A program made the translations under genes and the position numbers. From an uncultured bacterium (GTDB lineage: Bacteria > Verrucomicrobiota > Kiritimatiellia > RFP12 > UBA1067), in contig OW818680.1 in assembly GCA_942493055.1 (NCBI GenBank), forward strand, positions 4,038,406 through 4,102,405: a stretch of DNA of 64,000 nucleotides, given 5' to 3'. Below the pieces are notes generated by a model. That model did not search any database and was not told the DNA's origin. It worked only from the letters and a program-made list of their open reading frames with translations. Numbering within the stretch: position 1 is the first letter of the stretch; each line of letters starts with the position of its first letter. Below are positions 8,798-20,800 of this stretch, one piece after another.

Positions 8798-11596
8798 TTA
8801 CTCCCCTAATAAATGTTCAATGTCGGCTTCGGTCAGGACCTTCAGCGCGGCGCCGTCGCTGGAGACGATCTGGTCGACCAGCTCCCGCTTGCGTTGCTGC
8901 AGCGCCATGATCTTCTCCTCGATCGTGTCCTTGGCGATCAGGCGGTAGGTGAAGACGGTTTTGCTCTGGCCGATGCGGTGCGTACGGTCGATGGCTTGGG
9001 TTTCGGCGGAGGTGTTCCACCACGGGTCGAGCACGAAGACCGTATCCGCCGCAGTCAGGTTGAGCCCAACCCCGCCCGTCTTGAGCGTCATCACAAAGAC
9101 CTTGAGGCGCGGGTCATTCTGGAACCGCTCCACCAACTGCTGCCGGTTGGATGTGGCGCCGGTCATGGTGAGATGCTCGATCGCCTCTTCGTTCAGCGCC
9201 TCGGAGACCTGCTCGATCCCTGCCAGGAAATTCGTGAAGACGAGGCATTTGCGATTGTTCAGCACCGCCTCCTTGAGGGTCTCCATCAGGATCTCCCGTT
9301 TGGCGGAGACGATCAGGCCGTCGCTCTTCGATTCCGGCACCGTGGCGATCTGCCGCAGTTCCAGCAGGGCCTCCAGCACGACGAAGCGGCTTTGCGCCAG
9401 CCCCTTCCGCTCGATCTCGCCCTTGATTAATTCCTGATAGAAGCGGCGGCGGGATTCGTAGAAGCGCTTCTGCTCCACGCCCATCTCCGCATAAAGGACC
9501 TGTTCGATTTTCGGCGGCAGCTCCTTGAGCACGTCCGCCTTGAGGCGGCGCAGGATAAAGGGATAGATCTTGCGCCGCAGCTCGTGCGCGGCGTCCTTGT
9601 CGCCTGTGCGTTGGATCGGCTGCACGTAATCGCGCTCGAACTCGTTTCCGGAGCCGAACATCGTCGGATTCAGGAAGCGGAAGAGCGTATAGAGTTCGCC
9701 CAGGTTGTTCTCGATCGGCGTGCCCGAGAGGGCGAGACGGAAGGTGCAGGTGAGCGCCAGGGCCGCCTTGGCCGTCTGCGTGGTCAGGTTCTTGATCGCC
9801 TGCGACTCATCCAGGATCACCGCGTGGAAGGGAACAGCCGCAAAAAGCTCAATGTCCGAGCGCAACATCCCGTAGGTGGTCAGGACGATCTGATGCTTCC
9901 GGGCCTCGTCCATGTTGCGGTCATCCGCGTAGTAGGTGTAGACCGTGAGTGTTGGACAGAAGGTCTCCAGTTCGCGCCGCCAGTTGAAGAGCAGGCTGCG
10001 GGGCATCACGATCAGCGACACGCCCTTCTCGTCCGGGTAGAGGCGCGAAAGGAGCGCGATCGCCTGGATAGTCTTGCCCAGCCCCATGTCATCCGCTAGG
10101 CAACCCCCCAGCCGATGTTCATGCAGATAGTCCAGCCACTTGACGCCATCTGTCTGGTAGGGGCGCAGCGTCCCGACGAAGCGGGGCAGCGTCAACGGTT
10201 TCGCACTCAGCGCATTGAACCCCTTGAAGATCTCCCGCGACTTCGGGAGGGCCGCCCGTTCCGCGCTGTCCTCCATAAGCGACTCGATGAGCGGCAAGTC
10301 GAAGAAGGAGATGCGCACGCCCTGTTTCTGCTTCTTGAAGAGGCGCGCGAGCTTTGCCATGTAATCCGCATTGAGGACCGCATGGTTGCCATCCGACAGC
10401 GCCACATACGACTGCTTGCGATACTGCTGCAACACCTCGAACAACGAAAAGCGTTCGCCGTCCAGGTCCAGGCTGGCCTCGCCTTCCAGGAAGTCGATCC
10501 CGTGGCCGAGCGACACGCTGAGCTTGGGCTGCATATACTTGACCTTGTACTGCTTCAGCTTCTCCGCGCCGAACAGCTCAAAGTCGTGGATCAGTTCCGC
10601 CAGATGGCCATGGAGAAATTCGGCGGCGAGATCCGGCCCCAGCACCAGCCCCTCCTCGTCGTCGATCAGATAGGCGTCCGAGGACTTCAGCGCGCGCGAC
10701 AGTTTCTGGATCCGCTTCAGGAGTTCGGAGCGGGCGAGCAGCATATCGCCATACTCCACCTCGCGCACACGGATCACCTGCTCCATGTCATCCACAAACG
10801 CCACCCGTCCGATATCGTAATCCCGGACAAACTCGAGCGGCAGTCCCGGCAACACGAGTGACACTTCCACGTGAAGGGCGGCATGCTCATCCACCTGCTG
10901 GAAGATCAGCGCCGGGCGCGCCTTCACCGGGTCGCCCGTCTGCACAGCATAATCACGGTAGGAGACCCGCACATTCGAGAAGGAGGAGAACAGCAGCGTC
11001 AGGCACTCATTCAGGCGCGCCTCGGGAAAGGCGTCTTCAAACAGGGGGATCGTCCGGAAGGCCGTGCCCAGCGGCTTCACGAGATAAACCGTGCGGTCGA
11101 AGAGCAGGTGGGATTCGGACACCATCGACGGATGCTTCAGCGGCACTGCCGGCGCATCCTCCGAACGGAGCATCAACTGGCCGCGCACCCAGCCCTCCGC
11201 TGGCGTCAGCTCCAGCGCCACCTCCATCAGGGTTTCACAAAACGAGAGCGGTTGAAATTTGTGGTCCACCACATGCTCACAGCGTGCCAGCAGCCAGAGC
11301 AGATGACTGTGCTCCGCCAACTGCACGCCGTCCTCTTCGTCCTCCTCGTCCCAGATGACCTTGTCGGCACGTTGCGCCCGGGCCGACTCAAGCGCCTTGA
11401 GCAGTTCCCGTTGCGGCCCGCAGAACGCACGATAATCGGCATCCACCTCAGCGCCCTGGCGATTGACCACACGAAGGGTGCATCCCTCTTCCTTCGCCTT
11501 CACTTGAAAGAAAAGTTCCTGCGGTGTCCCTCTTCGGGTGGTGCCTGCCGCGCCCTCCACACTCCGCAACGCCTCAAAGAGGCCCAATCGCTTCAT
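8798..11596 (-). CDS. SNF2-family (SF2) helicase/ATPase with a ~450-aa N-terminal bacterial SNF2-associated-type extension
   Basis: LRPYQTDGVKWL...DDMGLGKTIQAIAL is the Walker A / motif I region. DESQAIKN is motif II. A C-terminal helicase domain follows (VFVLDPWWN...QAIDRTHRIGQ). The catalytic core begins about aa 470. Confidence 0.85.
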   Translation of the reverse strand: MKRLGLFEALRSVEGAAGTTRRGTPQELFFQVKAKEEGCTLRVVNRQGAEVDADYRAFCGPQRELLKALESARAQRADKVIWDEEDEEDGVQLAEHSHLLWLLARCEHVVDHKFQPLSFCETLMEVALELTPAEGWVRGQLMLRSEDAPAVPLKHPSMVSESHLLFDRTVYLVKPLGTAFRTIPLFEDAFPEARLNECLTLLFSSFSNVRVSYRDYAVQTGDPVKARPALIFQQVDEHAALHVEVSLVLPGLPLEFVRDYDIGRVAFVDDMEQVIRVREVEYGDMLLARSELLKRIQKLSRALKSSDAYLIDDEEGLVLGPDLAAEFLHGHLAELIHDFELFGAEKLKQYKVKYMQPKLSVSLGHGIDFLEGEASLDLDGERFSLFEVLQQYRKQSYVALSDGNHAVLNADYMAKLARLFKKQKQGVRISFFDLPLIESLMEDSAERAALPKSREIFKGFNALSAKPLTLPRFVGTLRPYQTDGVKWLDYLHEHRLGGCLADDMGLGKTIQAIALLSRLYPDEKGVSLIVMPRSLLFNWRRELETFCPTLTVYTYYADDRNMDEARKHQIVLTTYGMLRSDIELFAAVPFHAVILDESQAIKNLTTQTAKAALALTCTFRLALSGTPIENNLGELYTLFRFLNPTMFGSGNEFERDYVQPIQRTGDKDAAHELRRKIYPFILRRLKADVLKELPPKIEQVLYAEMGVEQKRFYESRRRFYQELIKGEIERKGLAQSRFVVLEALLELRQIATVPESKSDGLIVSAKREILMETLKEAVLNNRKCLVFTNFLAGIEQVSEALNEEAIEHLTMTGATSNRQQLVERFQNDPRLKVFVMTLKTGGVGLNLTAADTVFVLDPWWNTSAETQAIDRTHRIGQSKTVFTYRLIAKDTIEEKIMALQQRKRELVDQIVSSDGAALKVLTEADIEHLLGE

Positions 11597-11868
11597 ACTC
11601 GCTCCTCACGTGTTATCAAAAAAAATTTGGGTTCCATTGTAGCTGAGAGCGTGCCAGTTTGGCGACTCCTTTTTGATCGCCATCGCGAAGTGATAGGGGG
11701 TTCCGCGGGGGACAAGGGCCAGCATTCGGCATCGTTCAAAAGTGCACAGAAAATAATCCCAAGCGCGTAAATTTTTTTTAAGGCGTTTTCTTTTTGACTT
11801 ACTGGGTAATTGTGCTAACATTGTTCGCAAGTGTGGATTCGAAGTGAAGAAATAAAAAGAGGTGTGTT

Positions 11869-14800
11869 ATGAAAAAAACTATGTTTGCATTAGTGGTATC
11901 TATTGCTGTATTCATTACAGCCATTCCGTGTTTGGCCCAGGCTCCAAGAATCAGGATCATGCCGTTAGGCGATTCCATCACCTACGGTGCCAACAGCGAC
12001 GGCATCGGCGGAGGCTACCGCTATCCGCTCTATGTTGCGCTGACCAACGCGGGCTATAATGTCGATTACATCGGAACCCAGACCTCCATTCCTCACGCCG
12101 GCCTCGGCGCGGAGATCAACCACGAGGGACACAGTGGCTGGCATGTTTCCGCCGCCAGCAACGGCCTTTACGAGAACATCCTCACCTGGCTCTCTCAGAT
12201 CGACGTCCCCGATGTGGTCCTCGTCCATATCGGCACGAACGACACTGGCGACGCTCCGAACTTCCCAGGAACCATCAACGAACTCGACGCGCTCATCACC
12301 CGCATCGCCGCAGCCCGCCCCTACGCGCACATCATCGTCACCACCCTGCTGAAACGCGGCACGAACGACTCGGACTCAAAATACGTCCTGATCAACACCT
12401 ACTTCAACCCGTTCGTCGCGGGCATCGTCCAGGCGCACCAACTGGCGGGCCGCCGCGTACACTTCCTCGACATGCATGCCTACCTGGAACGGACAGACAT
12501 GTACGACAACCTCCACCCGAACAACGTCGGCTACGGAAAGATGGCCGCCGCGTGGTTCCCTGCCATCACCAACATCGTCTCCCCTTACGGTGACTTCGTC
12601 CCGCCCGCCGTCTCCACGGTCAGATATGCATCCGCGAATACGCTTTCCGTCACGTTCTCGAAACCCATCGACCTCGCCGCTTCCTCTGCTGTCACCAACC
12701 CTGCCGCATGGGGTGTCTCCCCCGCAGGTGTGGTCGCCGCCGTCTCCGCGCTCTCCTCCGACCTGCGCAGCATCACGCTCACCGTTTCCGGAGTACTCCC
12801 GAACATCGTTTCGACGCTCTCCTTTAACGGCTCAATCACCGACCTCGTGCCTGCTTCAAGTGGGGGTCCCTTCACTGCCACGTTCTCCGGCGCCGTCGGC
12901 GCGTTCGCCACGCCCGGCATCGGGCGCTACTGGACGGGTCTCGGACCCGACGTGCTCTGGGGTACAGCGGCCAACTGGTCGGACAACCTGCTCCTTGGCC
13001 TCGCGACTGCTGTCTTCTCCGGCAGCGGCAATGGCAAGAGCACCGTATCCCTCGGTGCCGCTAACGCGATAGTGTCCCATTCCTCCAACATCATGTTCGC
13101 CCCGGACGCTACGGCCTACACGCTCGGCCTCCCGGGCCAGACACTCTCCCTGCCCGCCGCACGTATCACGCTCGAAGCCGGTTCCGTCAACAACCAGACG
13201 GTCGCCGCCACCCTCCTCCTCGGCGGCAGCCTCGACATCTACAACAACGAGCCGTCCAAGCGTCTTACCCTCAATTACACCAACAATACCGCGCGTAACA
13301 TCTATGTTTACGGCACCGGCCCTGTCACTTTTGACACTCTCCGCCGCCCCGCCGGTTCCGAACTCTCCAACAACAACCCCATCGAGCTTCACCTCCGCTC
13401 CCCCGGCACCGTCACCTGTACCGGGCCCATCACCCTCGGCACCCTCTGGAAAGACAACAACTATCTGCCCAGCGAACTCATCCTCGCCCCGCACACCACC
13501 AACATCATCTGCCGCGACAACTGGGATTTCGCCCTTTCAGGTGCCACTATTTCCGGCGGCGAAGGCACTGTTCTGCGCCTCGCCCGCGTCCAGGTGGGCG
13601 TCCCCGCCGCCATCGCCCTCCAGACCGCCAACCCGGTCACCATCTCCTGCCGCCTCGAATGCCCATCAGGCCTCGCGACCCTGAATAACGGCGGCGGCGG
13701 CTGGGTCAACGGCACCCTCGTCCTGACCTACCCCGACAACGACATCCCCGGCAACATCACCTTTGACCGCGGCAACTGCCTCCAGGTCCCCTTCGTCGCG
13801 CCCAACGGCACACCGAACCCCCTCGGTTCTTCGCCGACCATCAATTTCATAAATCCGCTTAACGGCACCCCCGCCCGCCTGCGCGTCACCTCCGCAGTAC
13901 CGTCCTCCGCGGATAAGGCGTTCACCGTCGAGAAAGACCGCGCCGCCATCCAGAACGCCGGTTCTGGCACCCTCACCCTGTCAGGCCCGATTTCCGGTAA
14001 CGGCTCGGTCGTTTTCGAGGCTACTGCTGGGAACATCGTGTATTCCGGCATCCGGTCCGGTGCAGGCGGCATCACCAAGGAGGAACCCTTCGGGCTTACC
14101 CTCTCCGGCCCGAACACCTCTACTGGTCCGCTCACCCTCTCAGCCGGTGCGACCACCCTCTCCGGCGCATGGGCCGGCCCCGCGACCCTCGCGGCTAATT
14201 CCTCGCTTGACATCTCCGGCACGCTCGCCAGTAACCTCACCCTCAACGCCGCCGCCTCGCTCTCCGGCACGGTCAGCGGAGCGGTCATGGTCAATGCCGG
14301 TGCCGCGCTCACCGTCCTGCCCGGCGCCAGCCTCTCCGGCCCGTCGGTTATCCTCAGTGGCAGCACCCTGGCCCTCAACCCCGCCGCTGCGGACAGCTTC
14401 ACGCTCGCCCTCCCGGCCCTTGTTGTCACCAACGCCAACGCCTTCCTCTCCGTTTCTGCTGCAGCGACGGCCTCCGCCGTCACGATCTCCAACCTCACCC
14501 TCAACAACAAGACCCTCCTCGTTTCGGCTCCCGCCGCCGGCACCGCGCGGAACCGCATCTTCATCACCGGCCTCGCCACCGGCCCGGCCAGCGGCATCCT
14601 TCTCAACGGCCTGCCTGCTGCATACAGTGACAGCGACGGCCTTTACCCTGCCGCCAGCACCCTTCCCCCCGTCGCCGTCACCGGCGAACAGATCCCGAAT
14701 GCCCCCGGCTCTGCCGCCACGGTCTCCAACGCGCCTGCCTCCACCTTGACGCTCGCGCAGCCCTCTGTCACCCTTGGCCAGCTCGATTACGCCGCACCTA

Positions 14801-17800
14801 CTTCTGGCGTTCTCGACCTTGGCGGCGGTGTCCTCGGCGTCTCTAATCTCATCGTATCCGGCGCGGCCCTCACCGTCAGTAACGGCACCCTCACCGCCTC
14901 AGCCGCGCCCCATACGAACGCCTTCTATTCCGGCATCAACCAGCCGCGGATCGACATTTTCACTGACGATGCCTCCACAGAAATCTCTTCATCAAAAACC
15001 TACACCCACCTCCTGGATCCCGGTCTGGCCGTCGACACCGTCGCCGTCATCAACGGTGTGACCTTCACCAAGATCACAAACAACACCACCTACACCGACC
15101 CCGGCACCGGTTTCGGCTGGTCCGGGATTCCTGCCGGATCCCACCACGAAAACTTCCCTTCCGGCTGGACCAACACCATCCCGCGTCCCGCCGGCGACGG
15201 TCTCTACAATCTCATCAACGGCATGGGGTATGCCGGCTACAATATGACGATCACCCTCTCCGGCCTCACCCCCGGCGCCGTCTACGAGTTCCGCGCCTAC
15301 GGCCGCGAATGGGACAACTTCCCCACCGCCATCGACCGCACCCACGTCTGGACCTTCTACACCACCTCCAACGCAGCGCCCGTCGTCTCCTTCTCCTTCG
15401 ACCAGAACCATACGCCGCCCCACGCCCTGACCCTGCGCTACGTCGCCGCCTCGGACAAGCTCACGGTCAAAACGTGGCGCGTCAACGTCACGGGTAACCC
15501 AGACCCCGGGATCTACGGCATCACCAACGAGAAGATCGCAGACGCCCCTGTTGGCGCGGACGTCTCTCCCGCCACGCTCACGCTCTCTGCGTCGGACGGC
15601 GCGCTTACCGCCGCCGCCGCTGTTGGCGACCCCGCCCGTCCCGTTTCGCTGATCACCTCCGGCGACGTGACGCTTGAAGGCCCTGCCACAATCCTCGGCA
15701 CCACCCTCTTCTCGCAGGACCTTGCTCTGGCCCCATCCACTGCTGGCACCACGCAGTATCTCGGCGGCGCGGTCTCCGGTTCTGGAGCCCTCGTCAAATC
15801 CGGCCCTGGCAGCGCCGTCCTCCTCGCCGCGAACGCCTATCCCGGCGGTACCGCCGTCTCCGGCGGCATCCTGAACGGCGGCACATCCACGTCCTTCGGC
15901 ACCGGGCCTGTCAACGTCCTCTCTGGTGGCGCTGTGGGTCTCGCCGATGTCCTGCTCAACTCAATCACCTTCCTCAATGTTTTCACCATCGCCGGTTCCG
16001 GTCCGGACGGCCTCGGCGCCCTGCGTAACGACACGACTGCGCTTCAGTACAACGCCTTCAAATACGTCACCCTCTCAGATGACGCCACCATCGGCGGGGG
16101 GACCTCCTACGGCCCCTCCATCCCTCTTGGCTCGATTCTTGGCCAGAATGTCGAGCAAGGCCGTTTCGACATCCGCAACGGCACGCTTGACTTCGGTGGA
16201 CACTCTCTCACAAAAGCGGGTAACTCCGCCTTCATCCTCACGTCGGACAGAATCTTAGGCGTGACTGACGACACCGACGTCGACGTGACCGGCGGCACTT
16301 TCGGCATGGAAGTCTCCACCGACCTCGGTGGCTCTGCAGCCAACACGCTCACCCTCCGTTCCGGCGCGGCCTTCGATTTCTTCAACCTCACCACCCCGAT
16401 CCGCTGGTCGCTCCTTGCCGAGAATGGTGCGCACATCTCCACCCGATCCGGGAACTCCGCCCAGAACAACTGGGCCGGCCCTGTCACCATCCAGTCCGGT
16501 ACCGTCACCCTCGACGGACCCAACAACGTCACCTTCTCCGGCCCGATATCCGGCGCGGGCGGCTTCGTCCAAGGCTCAGGCACCACCTACCTGCGCAATC
16601 CCACCAACACCTTCACAGGCTCGACCACTGTCACAGGCGGAAGCCTCTATACTTCGTATGACGGCACGATCCCCAATCCCGTCGGCTTCACCCTCTCCGG
16701 TGGCACGTTCTATGCCTATCTCGGCGATGGTGTGGATCCTGCCAAGGGATGGACCTCCGCAGGAATCAACGACCTTGTGACGCAAGGCGCAATCACCGCA
16801 GGCGACGGACCGGCCTTCTCGCTTGACGCCACTCCATACGCCGCCGCCATTGACGGCGCGCTGCCCTCCTGCCGCATCCGTAAATATGGCACCAATATCC
16901 TGATCCGCAGCGCCGACACGCCATCCCCCGGCATTCTCTACGTCCACAACGGCATCATCGAACTCACGTCCGGTCTCTGGGACGCTGCAGCCAACAACAA
17001 GGCCTTCTACGTCGGCGCCGAGAACAACTCCAATTATCTCGCAGTCGCCAGACTCACCGGCGACGCCGCCTTCCGCCATCGCGACACGGGTTACAATCTC
17101 TCCGGTTCTTATACCATCGTCGGCGACGGGACCAGTTCCAGAGGTATCCTCACCATCGGCAGCAACGCCTCCTACGCCGGACGCCTCTACGCCGGCAACA
17201 GCGCGGCCGCAGCCGGAGCCGTTTACCAGACCGGCGGCACGGTCCTCGACTTCGGCGGGTCCGGCTCGGACTCCCGCTTCGGTTACTCCGGTTTCGGCTA
17301 CCTCGACATCACGGGCGGGTCCTTCACGACCAAGGGCTACACCCAGTTCGGCCACCAGTCCAACTCCTACGGCACCCTCCACATGACCGGTGGAACCTTC
17401 ACTTTCAACTCCGGCACCGTCCCTGCCCAAGGCGTTGTCGGCGACTATTACGGCGGCACCCTCGCCACGCGCTCTGGCAACGGGCACCTCTTCCTCGAGG
17501 GCGGCAGCCTCACCACCGGCTCCACCTACATCCAGCTCCCCGAGAACCAGACACAGGACGCCCCGCTCTCCGCCATCCTTACCGTCGGCGGCGACGCCAA
17601 TGTCTCCACAGCCTGGCTCCTCACCGGCAACTACGAGAAGAACGTCCCGACCTCCATCGTCAACCTCAATGGCGGACGCTTCTCCACAGGCTATATCCAG
17701 AAAGGCAGCGGCACCGGCAACTCCGCCAACAACGCCAACGCCCAGACCTACATCAACTTTAACGGTGGCGAACTCGCCCTCACCGCCCCGGGTGCCATAG

Positions 17801-20800
17801 TCCGAAAATCCGGAACCGCCCCCGACCCACGCCTCACCGTGTATGAAGGCGGAGCCGTCATCGACGCCAACACGCAGAACCTCACCCTCGACTATCCGCT
17901 CGCAGCAGCCTCCGGCATGGGCGTCGCCGCCATCTCCGTCTCCAACCCTGGCGCGGGCTACATCGCCCCGCCCTTCGTCCTGATCTCCGGCGGAGGCGGC
18001 ACCGGTGCCGTCGCCGTCGCTGAACTCGACGCCGTGCCTGGCAAGGTCACTGGTTTCCGTATCCTCTGCCCTGGCTCCGGCTACACCTCCGCCCCAACCG
18101 TCACCCTCGGGGGCGGCGGCTTCATCACTACCGCGTCGGGCGCCACGGCCGTGACCGGGCCTGTCGCGACAACGGGCGGGCTCTCCCTCAAAGGCCCCGG
18201 GACCCTCACGCTAACCGCCGCCAACACCTATCGCGGCCCCACGGCCGTCACCGATGCCACCCTTGCCCTCTCCCCGGCAGGCAGCATCACTGAAACCTCG
18301 GCGCTCATCCTCGACAACGCATCGTTCTCCGCGGCGGGCCGCGACCTCACCAACGCCCTCCTCCGCGTTTCAGGAAACTCCACGCTTGTCGCGGGATCGC
18401 TCACCGCCGCCGCCCTGGATAAGACAGGCCCCGGCACCCTCACCCTTTCTGCCCGACTCGCCCTCACCACGAACGCGCCCGCGTCCGTTTCCACCGACTT
18501 CACTCCTGTGCCCGGCCTTGCCGAGGGTTTCGTCGTCGGCAGCGGAGCCGATTCGTCCTCCACCAACCCCTGTTTCGCGTTTGTTCCCACCTGGCGCGCC
18601 CTCAACGGTTACGTCGGCGAAGGCCTTTACATCAACGGCGCCCAGTGGCCCAACAACACCACCTATATCTATTCCGGTTATCTCTGGAACCGCCAGTCGT
18701 CCAGCGTCACCTGGACGTTCGCCTGTAACATGGACGACCATATCCAGCTCAAGATCGATGACGCCGTCGTCGTGGAGCGCGGCAGTTTCATCACCACGAG
18801 CGACACCTCCCTCAAGACCGTCACCCTCTCCCCTGGCCCGCACAAGTTCGAGCTGCGCGCCGGACAGGGCACAGGCAACGTCGGCGGCTACTGGACACGC
18901 TCCGACGGCACTCGTATCGCCATCGGTGTTGACAAGCTGAACAGGGGCCTCGCGTGGAGCGCCGGCACTGACTTTGCCGATACCCTCGACCCACTCGAAG
19001 ATCCCGGCGACGGCTCCCTCTTCACCGTCAACTCCCCGTATGAGGAGACCCTGGGACTCGTCCCAGCCACTGGCACGAGTGGCGTCCCAGCCGACATCCT
19101 CGCCAAGGTCGGCTCCGTTGCTGATGGCTTCTCCGTCACCTACGGCACCGACGTCTTCCCGACCAACTCCCCCGATATCTACAACTGCAATCCCGCCCTC
19201 TGGCAAACCAACAACTCCGCGTCCGCCGCCCGCTTCGACCGCGTGGCCTACTATCTCGAAATCCGCAAGACCGGCGAGAGCGTGTCGCAGTGGGTCTGGG
19301 TCGCCTTTGATGCCCATACCGTCAACCGCCGTGCCCTCGCCTTCCCCGGAAAGCTCGCCGGAGAACGCTTCCAGCACCAGCGCAAGGTCAGAAATCTCAC
19401 CGTGCGCTCAAACGTCGCTGGCATCACTGAGGTCACCGACTCCGACACCGGCAACATCGAGGTCTTCTGCGCCAACTACGGTAACGGCACCACGCCCGCC
19501 CTCGGTCTGAACGGACGCACGGATATCTACGACTTCGACGACACCCCCACCGGTTCCATTGCGCCCAACCAGACTGGCTACGGCTGTCTCCAGGTCCACA
19601 ACTGGGGCGCGGGCGAAACCCTTTTCGCCGTCGATAATTTCGGTGGCGGCAACAACATCCTGTGCATGGGCATCGGCAACCGTCCCGGCGCGAGCCAGAC
19701 ATCAAGCGGTGCCCAGCTCGACTACACGTTCGATCAGAACGCCGAGACCGGCTACACCCTCCGCCGCTTCTACATCCTGACGCGCGACCTCGTGCCGCCG
19801 ACACCGCCCGCGCCCATCGCGACGGTGACGGAGGGGACCCTGCGCGTGGCCGAAGCCGCAGGCGCGATGCCCGTGCCCGCCGACATCCTCGCCAAGGTCG
19901 GTTCCCCCGCTGACGGTTACGACATGGTCTACTACAGCCCCGTCTCCACCACAGCCGCTGCGGCGTACAACGGCACGGCTTACACCATCGACAACTCCGC
20001 CGAGACCTTGCCCTTCGACCGCGTGGCCTACTTCCTCGAAATCCGCGACAAGAACACCCTCGCAACCAACTGGGTCTGGGTCTCCTTCACCGCCCACACG
20101 CAGGATCGGACGAAGCTCGGCTACCCCAACCGAAACGGGGCCACCTTCAAGTGGCAGCAGAAGGTCTACAACATGGACGTGCGCTCCAACGTCGGCACTG
20201 TCACCGAAGCCACCGGCGTCAACACCGGCAACCTCGAGATCTGGCCCTCCAACTACGGCACCGGCCTCGGCCTGCCCGACATCGGCGGCAGTGCCACCAC
20301 CTTTGATTTCAACGATGACGGTTCCAATACCGGCATCGGCCACGGCTCCTTCCAGATCCACAACTGGGGCGCGGGACAGGTCCTCTTCTCCATCTCCCAC
20401 TGCGGCAGTTCGGGGAATCCCCTCGGTATCGGCATCGGCAACAACCCCACGTGGTCCAACAACGACCCTGACTACACGTTCACCTATAACGCGGGCAACT
20501 ATGACGTGCGCAACCTCTACGTCTTTGTCCGTCCGGCGACAGCACCTGAGGACGTAGGCCGCCTCCTCGCAGACACGGATGTCAACCTTGCGGCAGGCAC
20601 GGTGCTCGACCTGAATGACAGCAGCCAGACCGTCCGCTCAATCTCCGGCACGGGAACGATCTCCAACGGCATCCTCGCCGCCACGAGCGTCATCAGCCCT
20701 GCTGGCGACGGCACGGTCGGGACTCTGGCGCTTGCCAACGTCCAACTCGCTTCGGGCGTGCAGTACCGCGCGGACCTCGGCGACCTGCTGGACGTGACCG

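Noticed and set aside
12856-20400. Many long antisense or alternative-frame ORFs inside the giant gene (for example 12856..13494 -, 16576..17487 -, 18370..19377 -, and the Arg/Cys-rich 19433..20065 -)
   Set aside because: These are Gly/Arg/Pro-rich translations typical of open frames opposite a high-GC repetitive coding region, with no starts with RBS and no domain content. They are artefacts.
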